Below are positions 47,330 to 57,337 of a stretch of 64,000 nucleotides of DNA, one piece after another. The position numbers and the translations under genes are program-made. How positions within the stretch are numbered: the stretch's first letter is position 1; every line of letters starts with the position of its first letter. The notes beneath the pieces are model-generated. The model ran no database searches. It had not been told where the DNA came from and worked only from the letters and a program-made list of their open reading frames with translations. The stretch is from positions 2,825-66,824 of the forward strand of contig CBFHUI010000004.1 of assembly GCA_965658725.1 (NCBI GenBank), written 5' to 3'. This stretch comes from Alphaproteobacteria bacterium (lineage in GTDB: Bacteria; Pseudomonadota; Alphaproteobacteria; UBA7985).

Positions 47330-47520
47330 CAGCGCCCCGTGTCAGTCGGCCGCGGCATGTCCTGCCCCAGAATAACCTCGCGCGGCAGCACTTGCCGGAT
47401 CGTCTGAGCTGGGCGGGGCGGTTCCCAAGTGTACAGCAGAATCAGGAAGAAAACCCCGATCACGCACAGGATCACCAGAAACAGCAAAAAGGGATTAGGA
47501 TCGTTTCGCCGGAAGGTCAT
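47329..47520 (-). CDS. Small single-TM hypothetical protein
   Basis: 63 aa with one hydrophobic helix; stop overlaps the xerD start. Confidence 0.6.
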   Translation of the reverse strand: MTFRRNDPNPFLLFLVILCVIGVFFLILLYTWEPPRPAQTIRQVLPREVILGQDMPRPTDTGR

Positions 47521-47581
47521 GTGTCGATGTTAAGCCCTGTCTTCGTTTACAGCTTCAATAAACGGGTCTAAACGCCAAGTC

Positions 47582-48148
47582 ATGACCCAAGCACGCAACA
47601 AGAGCCTCGCAAAATCGCTGCACGGTCGCATCGACCGTCCAATCGTTCTGGTTGGGCTCATGGGATGCGGCAAGTCCAGTGTTGGCAAAGTCATCGCCCC
47701 CCTCTTGGGCCTCGACTTCTTTGATTCCGACTCAGAAATCGAAGGCGCTGCGGGCATGTCTATCGCTGAAATCTTTGAAAATTATGGCGAAGCTGAATTT
47801 CGTGCGCTGGAAAGGCGGATTTTTGAGCGCATGCTGGATGACCAGCCCAAGGTTATTGCAGCTGGTGGCGGGGCTTTCGTGCAGGATGATACCCGGGCCG
47901 TGATCAAGGCTGGCAGTGTCTCTCTCTGGCTGCAAGCAAAGCTGGACGTGCTTGTCTCGCGGACGCAAAAGCGGAGCAATCGGCCCATTTTGGCCGGTAA
48001 GGATCACCGCGCGGTGCTGCGAGATTTGATGGAAAAGCGACGTCCAGCATATGAGAAGGCCGACTTGCGCGTGTTTTCAGGACCGGAATCGATCGATAAA
48101 ACGGTTCGGGCGTCTTTGGACGCGCTCAAGGGCCACTTCCTGCCCTGA
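47582..48148 (+). CDS. aroK: Shikimate kinase
   Basis: GLMGCGKSSVG, DSDSEIE, GEAEFR, GGG, RP. Confidence 0.93.
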   Translation: MTQARNKSLAKSLHGRIDRPIVLVGLMGCGKSSVGKVIAPLLGLDFFDSDSEIEGAAGMSIAEIFENYGEAEFRALERRIFERMLDDQPKVIAAGGGAFVQDDTRAVIKAGSVSLWLQAKLDVLVSRTQKRSNRPILAGKDHRAVLRDLMEKRRPAYEKADLRVFSGPESIDKTVRASLDALKGHFLP

Positions 48149-48163
48149 GCCACAGGAACGGAC

Positions 48164-49276
48164 ATGACACAGCAGACTCTCGAAGTTGGACTTGGTGAGC
48201 GCACCTATCCCATCACCATCGGTGCCGGCGTGCTCGATGGATTGGCGGCGGCGTGGGCCGATCGGCTGAAGCCTCGCCGGCTGTCGATCATCGCCGACAG
48301 CGCCGTTTGGGCGGCCCATGGCGCCCGGCTTGAGCAGCAGTTGACGGCGGCAGATGTGGCGATCCGGCTGGTGACGGTACCGGGTGGGGAGGAGAGCAAG
48401 TCCTTTCCCGTCTTTGCAGATGTTTGTGAGCAAATGCTCGCCCATGGCATTGAGCGCCGCGACGTCTTGCTGGCTTTTGGTGGCGGTGTGGTGGGTGACC
48501 TTGCGGGTTACGTGGCCGCTTCGCTGTTGCGCGGGATCGACTTTATTCAGGTGCCGACGACCCTACTGGCGCAAGTTGATTCCTCCGTCGGCGGCAAGAC
48601 CGGGATCAACAGCGCGAGCGGCAAGAACCTCGTTGGCGCGTTTCACCAGCCCAAGGCCGTCTACATCGACACCACTCTCCTCGACACCCTGCCCGAACGC
48701 GAATGGCGCGCAGGCTATGCTGAGGTGGCCAAGTACGGCTGTCTTTGGGACGGTGCGTTTTTCGAGTGGTTGGAAAGCGAAGGCCCTGCCGTGCGTCCGG
48801 GTGATGCGGATGCCCTGATCGAAGCGGTGACCCGCTCTTGCGCCATTAAGGCCGAAGTTGTCGCGCAGGATGAGCGTGAGGTAGGCGTGCGCGGGTTGCT
48901 CAACCTTGGCCACACCTTTGGTCACGCGCTCGAAGCAAACTACGGCTACGACGGCCGCTTGTTACACGGCGAAGGGGTCGCCGTGGGGATCGGCTTGGCC
49001 TATGAGCTGGGGCGGGTACTGGGGCTTTCGACCGGACAGGACGCGCAGCGGGTGAAAACACACCTGCTCGCCGCCGGCCTGCCGGTGCACCGCTCACAGC
49101 TTGCGGCGCAGGATTTAAGCCTGAAATCGATCTGGAAACCGATGATGAAAGACAAAAAGGTGCAGGACGGCGTCCCGACCTTTATTGTTCCCACATCCAT
49201 TGGGGATACCCATTTGAATAAAGACGTGCCGAAAGCGGCCGTCGATCAAGTGTTGAATGACTGGCTGGAGTCCTGA
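48164..49276 (+). CDS. aroB: 3-dehydroquinate synthase
   Basis: GGGVVGDLAG, PTTLLAQVDSSVGGKTG, LNLGHTFGHALE, HGEGV, DKK. Confidence 0.96.
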   Translation: MTQQTLEVGLGERTYPITIGAGVLDGLAAAWADRLKPRRLSIIADSAVWAAHGARLEQQLTAADVAIRLVTVPGGEESKSFPVFADVCEQMLAHGIERRDVLLAFGGGVVGDLAGYVAASLLRGIDFIQVPTTLLAQVDSSVGGKTGINSASGKNLVGAFHQPKAVYIDTTLLDTLPEREWRAGYAEVAKYGCLWDGAFFEWLESEGPAVRPGDADALIEAVTRSCAIKAEVVAQDEREVGVRGLLNLGHTFGHALEANYGYDGRLLHGEGVAVGIGLAYELGRVLGLSTGQDAQRVKTHLLAAGLPVHRSQLAAQDLSLKSIWKPMMKDKKVQDGVPTFIVPTSIGDTHLNKDVPKAAVDQVLNDWLES

Positions 49277-49279
49277 TCC

Positions 49280-50584
49280 GTGTTGACCACCGTGGTCGCC
49301 ATTGCCCTCGTAATCCTGCTGCTGCTGGCCGCTTCGGCCTTCTTCAGCGGCTCTGAAACCGCGCTGACTGGCGCGAACGCGGCGCGCATGCACCTGCTGG
49401 CTAAGGGCGGGGACAAGCGGGCCGGGCGGGCCGAGCGGCTGATCGCGATCAAGGACCGCGTGGTGTCTGCCATCCTGATTGGCAACAACCTAGTGAACAT
49501 CCTCGCATCCGCCCTAGCAACCATGCTGTTCAGCACGCTGTTCGGCGGCTTCGGTGTTGTGGTGGCAACCGTTGTGATGACCGTACTGGTCGTGGTGTTC
49601 GCCGAAGTGCTGCCCAAGACCTTTGCCCTGCGTCAGGCCGATAACGTTGCGCTGCGCGTGTCACGGCCACTGTCCATCCTGACAGCTGTATTCGCGCCCG
49701 CGACCTTTGCGCTGCAGCGGGTGATCTCCGCGCTGCTTCCCGACCGGACGACGGACGACGACGAAGGCGAGGAGGCCCTCCGAGGCGCCATTGCACTGCA
49801 CGCCACCAGTGGTGATGCCGAAGACGAAGCGGAGAGCCAGATGCTTGGCTCCATCCTCGACCTTGAGGACGTCGCGGTTGACGAGATCATGACCCATCGC
49901 AGCCAGGTTGAGTCCCTCGACCTCAGCCAGACCAACGCCGAGATCATCGACGCGGTGCTGAACTCAACCTTTACCCGCCTGCCAGTCTGGCGGGAGCAGC
50001 CGGACAACATCGTCGGCGTGCTGCACGCTAAAAACCTGTTCCGCGCCCTGCGAAAAGCCGACGGCGACCCGGAGAAGCTGAACATCAGCGCCATCGTTGC
50101 CACGCCGTGGTTCGTGCCGGGTACCGCCTCACTGCTTGAGCAACTCCAGCACTTCCGCTCCCGCCGCGAGCACTTTGCGCTCGTTGTTGATGAGTACGGC
50201 GGGCTGGAAGGCGTTGTGACGCTCGAAGATATCCTCGAAGAAATCGTTGGCGACATCGACGATGAAGAAGACGAAGTGCGCCGCGGCATCCAGCGGGAGG
50301 CCGGCGGATCCTTCATCATTGATGGCGAGATTTCCTTGCGTGATCTGAACCGGAACCTGAGCTGGCGCTTGCCCGATGACCGGGCCTCAACGCTGGCGGG
50401 TTTCGTGCTCTACGAGAGTCGCCAGATCCCTGAGGTCGGGCAGGTGCTGAGCTTCCAGGGGTTCCAATTCGAGATTTTGGGCAGGGATCGTCTGCGAATC
50501 ACCCGCTTGCGCGTGACCCCAGAATCGGTCTTGGCTCAAAGACGTCGAAATCAGCGCAAAACCAGTGAGCAAACCGCCCCATGA
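49280..50584 (+). CDS. HlyC/CorC family transporter (CNNM/DUF21 + CBS + CorC)
   Basis: SAFFSGSETAL, ILIGNNLVNI, EVLPK, VVDEYGGLEG. Confidence 0.92.
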   Translation: MLTTVVAIALVILLLLAASAFFSGSETALTGANAARMHLLAKGGDKRAGRAERLIAIKDRVVSAILIGNNLVNILASALATMLFSTLFGGFGVVVATVVMTVLVVVFAEVLPKTFALRQADNVALRVSRPLSILTAVFAPATFALQRVISALLPDRTTDDDEGEEALRGAIALHATSGDAEDEAESQMLGSILDLEDVAVDEIMTHRSQVESLDLSQTNAEIIDAVLNSTFTRLPVWREQPDNIVGVLHAKNLFRALRKADGDPEKLNISAIVATPWFVPGTASLLEQLQHFRSRREHFALVVDEYGGLEGVVTLEDILEEIVGDIDDEEDEVRRGIQREAGGSFIIDGEISLRDLNRNLSWRLPDDRASTLAGFVLYESRQIPEVGQVLSFQGFQFEILGRDRLRITRLRVTPESVLAQRRRNQRKTSEQTAP

Positions 50585-51252
50585 ATGGTCGCAGTACCCA
50601 ACACCCACAGCAGGGCTTACCAACCGCCGATCGCCGCAAGCTTTTGCACGAACGCCGCTACGATATTCGTGGCTATGAGCGTGAAGACGGCATGATCGAT
50701 GTCGAGGGCAAGATCGTCGATCTGAAGCCTCATTCCTTCGACAACCACGACCGGGGCTACGTCCCGGCGGGGGAGCCGCTGCATGAAATGCACCTGCGTC
50801 TGACGATCGATGAGAACTTCAAGATTCACCGCGCTGTGGCGGCGACGCTCTACTCGCCCTTTGCCATTTGCCCCGGCGCTACGGACGCTTACGCCCGGCT
50901 CGAGGGCCTGACCATTGGCCCGGGCTTCAACAAGCGGGCGGCTGAGGCTGTTGGGACGGCGCTAGGGTGCACCCACATCACCGAAATGCTCCGCGCCATG
51001 GGTACTGTTGCGTTTCAGTCCATGTGGCCGATCATCCGGCGCAAGGAATTGGAAGCAGAAGAGCGGGAAAAGGCCGAGAACGGCGGGGCTCCTGCAGCAG
51101 AGAAGCCAAAAAAGCGACCAGGACTGCTGGGCAGCTGTCACGCCCATGCGCCCTGGTCCGAAGTGGTGAAAAGAAACTGGCCTGACTTCTACGACCCCGA
51201 AGCCGAGGCCGATGCGCTGGCACGAGTGGAGTCGCCCAGCAGCCGCAGCTAG
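50581..51252 (+). CDS. DUF2889-type protein
   Basis: R.DG..DVEG...D.K, LHEM.LRLTID, PFAICP, GCTHITE, GSCHA. Confidence 0.75.
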   Translation: MNGRSTQHPQQGLPTADRRKLLHERRYDIRGYEREDGMIDVEGKIVDLKPHSFDNHDRGYVPAGEPLHEMHLRLTIDENFKIHRAVAATLYSPFAICPGATDAYARLEGLTIGPGFNKRAAEAVGTALGCTHITEMLRAMGTVAFQSMWPIIRRKELEAEEREKAENGGAPAAEKPKKRPGLLGSCHAHAPWSEVVKRNWPDFYDPEAEADALARVESPSSRS

Positions 51253-51258
51253 ACCGAT

Positions 51259-51504
51259 TTAGCGACGGCGAAAGTACTGCAAAATCTGCGCACGCATGGT
51301 GGAGGAGAAGGACGCCTGCCCCTTGCGGCGCTCGACGTAGTCGCAGAACTGGTCGAGAGACACTTTCTCTTCTTCCAGTAGCTCATTGAGTCCCGCCCAG
51401 AATTCCGGCTCGAGCCGCACAGACGTGCGACGCCCCTGAACGCGAACATTTCGGATGGGGTGGATCGCCTTTTGAGGCGTGTCTTGTGAAATTTGCTGAA
51501 GCAT
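51259..51504 (-). CDS. Ribbon-helix-helix domain protein (RHH_4-like)
   Basis: GGAGG SD; RNVRVQGRRTSVRLEPEFWAGL...SFSSTMRAQILQYF. Confidence 0.85.
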   Translation of the reverse strand: MLQQISQDTPQKAIHPIRNVRVQGRRTSVRLEPEFWAGLNELLEEEKVSLDQFCDYVERRKGQASFSSTMRAQILQYFRRR

Positions 51505-51660
51505 GGGGAACCTCCAAAAAAGTGCATTCATGGGAAATGATCTCGTATAACGAGTAGTACCTATGAATTAGGTTCTTATGCAAGCGAAATCGTTATGGAA
51601 ATGCAACCAAAAGTAATTTTTCATGCATTTTTTTGCCTAAGCGAGCCAGTCTAGACAATT

Positions 51661-51915
51661 TTATAGGAATGATATCGAAAGTGCATGCACGGGGCCGGCC
51701 AGTTCTGCGGCTAAAATCGTATGCACCCTCCGGTAGCGCTCCAGTCGCGTTAGGCCGGAAAGGGCTTCCGACTTGATGGTTAGTTTGAAGTGCGATTCAC
51801 CTGAGTTTGGACTGCCAGCGTGGCCCGCGTGCAAATGAGACTCATTCTCTAATTCCAAAATTTCAGGGGACAGGGCCGCAATTAGCTTGGCTTCGATCTG
51901 TTCCTGCACGGTCAT
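51661..51915 (-). CDS. bolA: BolA family protein
   Basis: ENESHLHAGHAG...GESHF...F/L.G..RLERYRRVH..L..E...VHALSI. Confidence 0.9.
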   Translation of the reverse strand: MTVQEQIEAKLIAALSPEILELENESHLHAGHAGSPNSGESHFKLTIKSEALSGLTRLERYRRVHTILAAELAGPVHALSISFL

Positions 51916-51968
51916 TTCGCTTAGTCTCCAAAATCTTGTGTCTGACCCACCTATAACCCGGCGGCCCC

Positions 51969-52616
51969 ATGGATCGAAGCGCTGAAGACGCTCTGAAAGA
52001 ACCTTTCAAACGGACCAACCGCACGCAGGAGCGTGAGCAACGGCGTGCGAAAAGTCGCGTGCGCGTCTGTGAAGCGCCGGGCTGTAAGGAAGAGGGCCAG
52101 TATCCTGCACCCAAGTCTCGCCGACGGGTCAACGAACGCTACCACTTCTGTCTTGAGCACGTGCGCGAGTACAACAAGGCGTGGAACTACTTTGAGGGCA
52201 TGACCCCTGGCGCGGTCGAGCGGGATCGCCTCGCCGCCATGACCTGGGACCGGCCGACCTGGCGCTTTGGGGAGCAGGGTCGGGCCAAGGCGGGCCAGCG
52301 AGCCAGTGCCTTTTCCGGGAACGCCTTCAAAGACAGCTTTGGTTTCTTCGAGGAAGACGAGCGCGACGAGGAAGAAATCCGCGCGCGCGACACGCGCCGG
52401 CTGCTGCGTTCCCTGCCGCCCGAGTATCGGCAGGCCTTCGATACGCTCGAGATTCAACCGCCTGTGACGCCAGAAGCACTGAAATCGCACTACAAAGATT
52501 TGGTTCGCAAGCTACATCCTGATTTGAACCAAAACGACCCGGCTGCGGAAGAGAAGATGAAAGCTGTGAACGCCGCTTATTCCCTCGTCCGCGACATTAT
52601 CGAGAACGCTGAATAA
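51969..52616 (+). CDS. J-domain protein with N-terminal Cys/His motif
   Basis: CEAPGC...YPAPK...FCLEHVREYNKAWNYF; C-terminal LHPDLN. Confidence 0.9.
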   Translation: MDRSAEDALKEPFKRTNRTQEREQRRAKSRVRVCEAPGCKEEGQYPAPKSRRRVNERYHFCLEHVREYNKAWNYFEGMTPGAVERDRLAAMTWDRPTWRFGEQGRAKAGQRASAFSGNAFKDSFGFFEEDERDEEEIRARDTRRLLRSLPPEYRQAFDTLEIQPPVTPEALKSHYKDLVRKLHPDLNQNDPAAEEKMKAVNAAYSLVRDIIENAE

Positions 52617-52707
52617 CCCGGCTCTCAGCCTTGCACGAAGCGCCCTTGCGGGGTCCATGGCGCTTGAGTGTAATGAGCCGGAAATTAAAACTTGAGGGTA
52701 AGCCATC

Positions 52708-53673
52708 ATGACCGCAGAGCTCACGGCACCAGACATCACCGTAAACGTCCGTGACGCCTTTGGGATCGACGTGGATCTGGACGTTCCCGCGTTTTCCGAG
52801 GCTAACGAATACGTGCCGGATCATGACGAGAATTACATTTTCGATCGCGATACCACGCTCGCCATCCTGATGGGCTTCAAGCACAACCGCCGCGTGATGG
52901 TGCAGGGCTACCACGGCACGGGCAAGTCAACGCACATCGAGCAAGTGGCCTCCCGGCTAAACTGGCCGCTGGTGCGGGTGAACCTCGACAGCCACGTTTC
53001 GCGGATCGATCTGGTCGGTAAAGACGCGATTGTCCTGAAAGACGGCAAGCAGATTACGGAGTTCCGTGAAGGCCTGCTGCCCTGGTCGCTGCAACGCCCC
53101 ATGGCGCTGGTGTTCGATGAATACGATGCTGGCCGCCCGGACGTGATGTTCGTGATCCAGCGCGTGCTGGAAGTCGATGGCAAGCTGACTCTGCTGGACC
53201 AAAACAAAGTCATCCGCCCGAATCCCCACTTCCGCCTGTTCGCGACGGCCAACACGGTCGGTCTGGGCGACACGACGGGCCTGTACCACGGCACGCAGCA
53301 GATCAACCAAGGTCAGATGGACCGCTGGTCTGTGGTGTGTACGCTGAACTATCTGCCGCGCGCGGTTGAGACGGAGATCGTTCTCGCCAAGCTTCCAGCC
53401 TACCAGACTGAAGCCGGTCGCAAGACGGTTGAGTCGATGGTTGCGCTGGCCGATTTGACCCGTAAGGGCTTCATGGCGGGTGATATCTCCACCGTCATGT
53501 CCCCCCGGACGGTACTGACTTGGGCAGAGAACGCGGGGTATTTGGGCGAGGACATCGGTCTGGGTTTCCAGCTCTCCTTCCTCAACAAGTGTGACGAGTT
53601 GGAGCGCCCGGTGATTGCCGAGTACTTCCAGCGCGCCTTCGGTGAAGACCTGGTTCTGGACAAGGCAGCCTAA
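52708..53673 (+). CDS. cobS: Cobaltochelatase subunit CobS (MoxR-like AAA+)
   Basis: GYHGTGKSTHIEQVASRLNWP..RVNLDSHVSRIDLVGKD; FDEYDAGRPDVMF. Confidence 0.95.
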   Translation: MTAELTAPDITVNVRDAFGIDVDLDVPAFSEANEYVPDHDENYIFDRDTTLAILMGFKHNRRVMVQGYHGTGKSTHIEQVASRLNWPLVRVNLDSHVSRIDLVGKDAIVLKDGKQITEFREGLLPWSLQRPMALVFDEYDAGRPDVMFVIQRVLEVDGKLTLLDQNKVIRPNPHFRLFATANTVGLGDTTGLYHGTQQINQGQMDRWSVVCTLNYLPRAVETEIVLAKLPAYQTEAGRKTVESMVALADLTRKGFMAGDISTVMSPRTVLTWAENAGYLGEDIGLGFQLSFLNKCDELERPVIAEYFQRAFGEDLVLDKAA

Positions 53674-53676
53674 GCT

Positions 53677-55599
53677 TTGGCACAGCCCGCATCGTTCAAG
53701 ATCCCCGCATCCAAGCGCCGAGCGAACCTGCAGGAAGACTTCCGGCAGTCCACCTCGGCAACCTTGCGCGCACTCTCCGGCAACAAGGAGCTGGAGGCGG
53801 TTTTCGCGTCAAACGCGCGTGGGAAGATCGGCAACGATGTGTTCATCAGCTCGCCCAGCCGGGAAATGACCCCGGCAGAGCAGGCACTGGTGCGCGGTGA
53901 GTGCGACCAAAACGCCCTGCGCGAAGCCCACCACGATGAAAAGCTGCACACCCGCCTTGCCCCGGTTGAGATGACCGCGCGGCAGGTTTTCGATGCTATG
54001 GAGCAGGTGCGCTATGAGGCGCTGGGCTCCCGCGAGATGGGCGGTGTTCGGCAAAACCTGCAGGCCGCGCACGAGCAGCGGGTCTCCGACCTGAACCTAA
54101 AGTTCGTCAACGCCAAAGAAGAAGCCCCGCTGGCTGAAGTCATGCGCTATCTGGCGCGGGAGCATATCAGCGAAGGTGAGTGGAACGTTCCGGACAACGC
54201 ACAGCCGGTTGTTGACCTCTGGAAGCCGCACCTGAGCGACAGCGTTTATGAGCAGCTGGAACGCCTGAAAGATAACCTCGACGATCAAAGCGCCTTTGCC
54301 GAGATTGCCGGAGATCTGCTCCGCGACCTCGAATTTGAGATCGACCAGAACCCCGATGATCAGCCTGATGACGATCAGGAAGCGGGCGAGGATAACGACA
54401 CCGAGAGCAACGCGAACGACGTGCGCGGTGAGGATGACGGCCAGCAGGACGATCAGCCTCAGGACTCCAACCCCGACGACCAGCAAGCCTCTGACCAACA
54501 GCAGGCCGGCGAGCAGGACGACGTGCAGTCTGAAGACAGCTCGCAGATGCAGGAAGGGGACGAAGCTCCACTGCAGCCTGATATGACGCCGGAGTACCGC
54601 CCGCCGTCCAACGACCCGCCGCCGCACGACTACAAGGCCTTTACCACCAAGCATGACGAAGTTGTTGAAGCTCAAGACCTCTGTGACGGCGAAGAGCTGA
54701 CCCGCTTGCGTCTGATGCTCGACCAGCAGCTGACTTCGCTGCAGTCTGTTGTTGCCAAACTCGCCAACCGCTTGCAGCGCCGCCTGATGGCGAAGCAGAC
54801 GCGGTCGTGGGAGTTCAACCTCGAAGAAGGTCTGCTGGATACCGCGCGCTTAACTCGTGTGATTACTGATCCGACCAATCCGTTGTCGTTCAAGGTTGAG
54901 ACCGATACTGACTTCCGCGACACCATTGTGACGCTGCTGATCGACAACTCCGGCTCCATGCGTGGCCGTCCCATTTCCACGGCAGCGATTTGTGCGGACA
55001 TTCTCGCACGGACGCTGGAGCGCTGTGGTGTCAAAGTCGAAATTCTCGGCTTTACCACGCGACAGTGGAAGGGCGGGAAGGCCAAGGAAGACTGGCTCGC
55101 CGCTGATCGACCGACCAATCCGGGCCGCCTGAACGATTTGCGGCACATCATCTACAAATCCGCCGACGCGCCTTGGCGCCGTGCGCGGAAGAACCTCGGC
55201 CTGATGCTTCGCGAAGGCCTGCTGAAAGAAAACATCGACGGCGAAGCGCTCGAATGGGCGATGAAGCGTTTGTCGGTCCGCCCAGAAAACCGTCGCATCT
55301 TGATGGTGATTTCTGACGGTGCACCAGTCGATGACAGCACGCAGTCTGTGAACAGCGGCAACTACCTCGAAAAGCACCTGCGCGACGTCATTGAGTCGAT
55401 CGAGAAGAAGTCAGAAGTTGAGCTTGTCGCCATCGGTATCGGCCACGACGTGACCCGCTATTACCAGCGCGCTGTGACCATCACGGATGCTGAGCAGCTG
55501 GGTGGGGCGATGATGGATCACCTGGTCTCACTGTTCGACGAAGACGCCCTGCGCAAGCTTGCTGCTGAGGCCATGGCTGCGGGTCTGATGGGGCGCTAG
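53677..55599 (+). CDS. cobT: Cobaltochelatase subunit CobT (VWA)
   Basis: Acidic linker; [13 protein letters not shown]; [10 protein letters not shown]; [11 protein letters not shown]; [11 protein letters not shown]. Confidence 0.93.
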   Translation: MAQPASFKIPASKRRANLQEDFRQSTSATLRALSGNKELEAVFASNARGKIGNDVFISSPSREMTPAEQALVRGECDQNALREAHHDEKLHTRLAPVEMTARQVFDAMEQVRYEALGSREMGGVRQNLQAAHEQRVSDLNLKFVNAKEEAPLAEVMRYLAREHISEGEWNVPDNAQPVVDLWKPHLSDSVYEQLERLKDNLDDQSAFAEIAGDLLRDLEFEIDQNPDDQPDDDQEAGEDNDTESNANDVRGEDDGQQDDQPQDSNPDDQQASDQQQAGEQDDVQSEDSSQMQEGDEAPLQPDMTPEYRPPSNDPPPHDYKAFTTKHDEVVEAQDLCDGEELTRLRLMLDQQLTSLQSVVAKLANRLQRRLMAKQTRSWEFNLEEGLLDTARLTRVITDPTNPLSFKVETDTDFRDTIVTLLIDNSGSMRGRPISTAAICADILARTLERCGVKVEILGFTTRQWKGGKAKEDWLAADRPTNPGRLNDLRHIIYKSADAPWRRARKNLGLMLREGLLKENIDGEALEWAMKRLSVRPENRRILMVISDGAPVDDSTQSVNSGNYLEKHLRDVIESIEKKSEVELVAIGIGHDVTRYYQRAVTITDAEQLGGAMMDHLVSLFDEDALRKLAAEAMAAGLMGR

Positions 55600-55617
55600 G
55601 CGTCCTTCTTCACCGTT

Positions 55618-56889
55618 CTAGGCCGTGTCTTCTGCCGCTTCGGCAGGTGGTCGTGCCCGCTCAAACCACCGCAACACCAGCCCAACGGTCAGCGCCAGCG
55701 TAATCGGGAACAGCGCCAGCGCCATGAAGGTGGTTCGGAAGCCATAGTGCTCGCCGGAAAAGCCGATGGTGACCGGACCGCCGAGGAAGGCGATGAAACC
55801 CACAGCCGTTATGATCGATATCGCGACCCCCGGCGGCAAACCAGGCGCGCCGTCAGCGGTCTTGATCGCTTGCGGGATGATGTTGCCCGTGCCCAGCCCG
55901 ACCATGGCAAAGCCGATGTAGGTGAGCGCGCTGGTTTCGGGCCGGGTTGCCAGAATAATGCCGATGACGGCAATCACCCCACCAATCTGCAGCGTCCCCG
56001 CTCGGCCAATCCGCGCGATCACCGGGTCGCCGACCATGCGGCCAACCGTCATCATGGCGGTGAAGAAGGCGAGAGCTGTCCCCCCAGCCACCGCCGCTGC
56101 GCGCCGCCGGTCGGCGTCTGCTGCATCCAACGTGGGCCACAGGCGCTCCGGCACGATCGGCGCGTCACGGCCAAGGAACAGCTCGCGGATGAGGAAAGAG
56201 CCCCAGTCCTGAAACGTGCCTTCGAGCATGTAGCCCACGATCTGATAGAAGGCGATGATCAGCAGAGGCGGATAGAGGATGTACTTGAGCTTCAGCGGCG
56301 GGCTGCTGGTCGCGCTCTCCGCCGGGATCTGCTCCCGCCGCAGCAGACCATTGTAGATCGACGGCAGGCAGGCAAAGCCCAGCACAATCAGCCCCCAGAT
56401 CAGCCACAACCCGTTCAACTCCAGCGCCAGCCAACCGGCCATCCCCGCAGAGCCAATGAAAGTACCCAGCGACCAGAAACCGTGGATCGAGGAGATCACC
56501 GGCTTACCCAGCTGATCCTCAATCACCGACGCCTGTGAGTTAACGGCGATTTCCCACGTGCTGATGGTCAGCCCAACCAGCAGAAACAGCACCAGATAGA
56601 TCACGAATGACGGCGCAGAGACCATGAAGCCGACCACACTCAAGTAGCCGATCGACATGATCATCACAGCTTTTCGGGTGCCAATTTGCTTGATGATCCA
56701 CGGGGCGAGGGGCAGTGAAACCAGCGCTCCCCCGGCGCCAAACAGGAAGCCAATGCCAAATGCGCCCTCACCTATGCCAAAGCGGTCCTTCACAAAGGGC
56801 AGGTAAGGCAAATATGTCCCGATCAGTGTGCCGTAGATCAAAAAGATGAAGCTCACAGAAAATCGAGCGCTTTGCGGCGTAGCGGTCAT
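55618..56889 (-). CDS. MFS transporter
   Basis: About 12 TM; HGFWSLG, EG...DWG, GRMVGD; ATG 56889. Confidence 0.85.
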   Translation of the reverse strand: MTATPQSARFSVSFIFLIYGTLIGTYLPYLPFVKDRFGIGEGAFGIGFLFGAGGALVSLPLAPWIIKQIGTRKAVMIMSIGYLSVVGFMVSAPSFVIYLVLFLLVGLTISTWEIAVNSQASVIEDQLGKPVISSIHGFWSLGTFIGSAGMAGWLALELNGLWLIWGLIVLGFACLPSIYNGLLRREQIPAESATSSPPLKLKYILYPPLLIIAFYQIVGYMLEGTFQDWGSFLIRELFLGRDAPIVPERLWPTLDAADADRRRAAAVAGGTALAFFTAMMTVGRMVGDPVIARIGRAGTLQIGGVIAVIGIILATRPETSALTYIGFAMVGLGTGNIIPQAIKTADGAPGLPPGVAISIITAVGFIAFLGGPVTIGFSGEHYGFRTTFMALALFPITLALTVGLVLRWFERARPPAEAAEDTA

Positions 56890-56971
56890 AGGGCCTCGTG
56901 CGAGTTTGTTGGTGCTTCGGTAGCCGATTCGCTCCATAGTGAACCTGACCAAGAGTAGACAGGAGGCCCCA

Positions 56972-57337
56972 ATGGCTGAATCTCATCGTCAACAGCGTGT
57001 AGCGGAACGTATCCGCAAAATCCTGTCCGCAGAACTGGCGAAAAGCAACTTCTCAGATGCCGTGCTCGACCGGCAACCCATCACCATCACCCATGTTGAT
57101 CCCTCTCCCGACTTGCGTCATGCGAAGGTCTTTTTCACCGCTTTGGGGGGTGTGGCGCTGGTGCCGGTCAAGGATCTCAAGGATGCACTGACCCGGCAAA
57201 AGACCGCGTTGCAGTCGGCGCTGGGTCGGCAATTGACCATGAAGTTCACGCCAAAGCTTACGTTTGTCCCTGACGATGCCTTTGACAAAGCCGATCACAT
57301 GAACCGGCTCATCCATGGTTTGCCACAAGCGAACTGA
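56972..57337 (+). CDS. rbfA: Ribosome-binding factor A
   Basis: AGGAGG SD; RQQRVAERIR, ITITHV..SPDLRHAKVF, MKFTPKLTFV.D. Confidence 0.88.
   Translation: MAESHRQQRVAERIRKILSAELAKSNFSDAVLDRQPITITHVDPSPDLRHAKVFFTALGGVALVPVKDLKDALTRQKTALQSALGRQLTMKFTPKLTFVPDDAFDKADHMNRLIHGLPQAN

Noticed and set aside
52617-52707. Cobalamin riboswitch upstream of cobS
   Set aside because: Only 91 nt of intergenic space and no B12-box-like sequence seen
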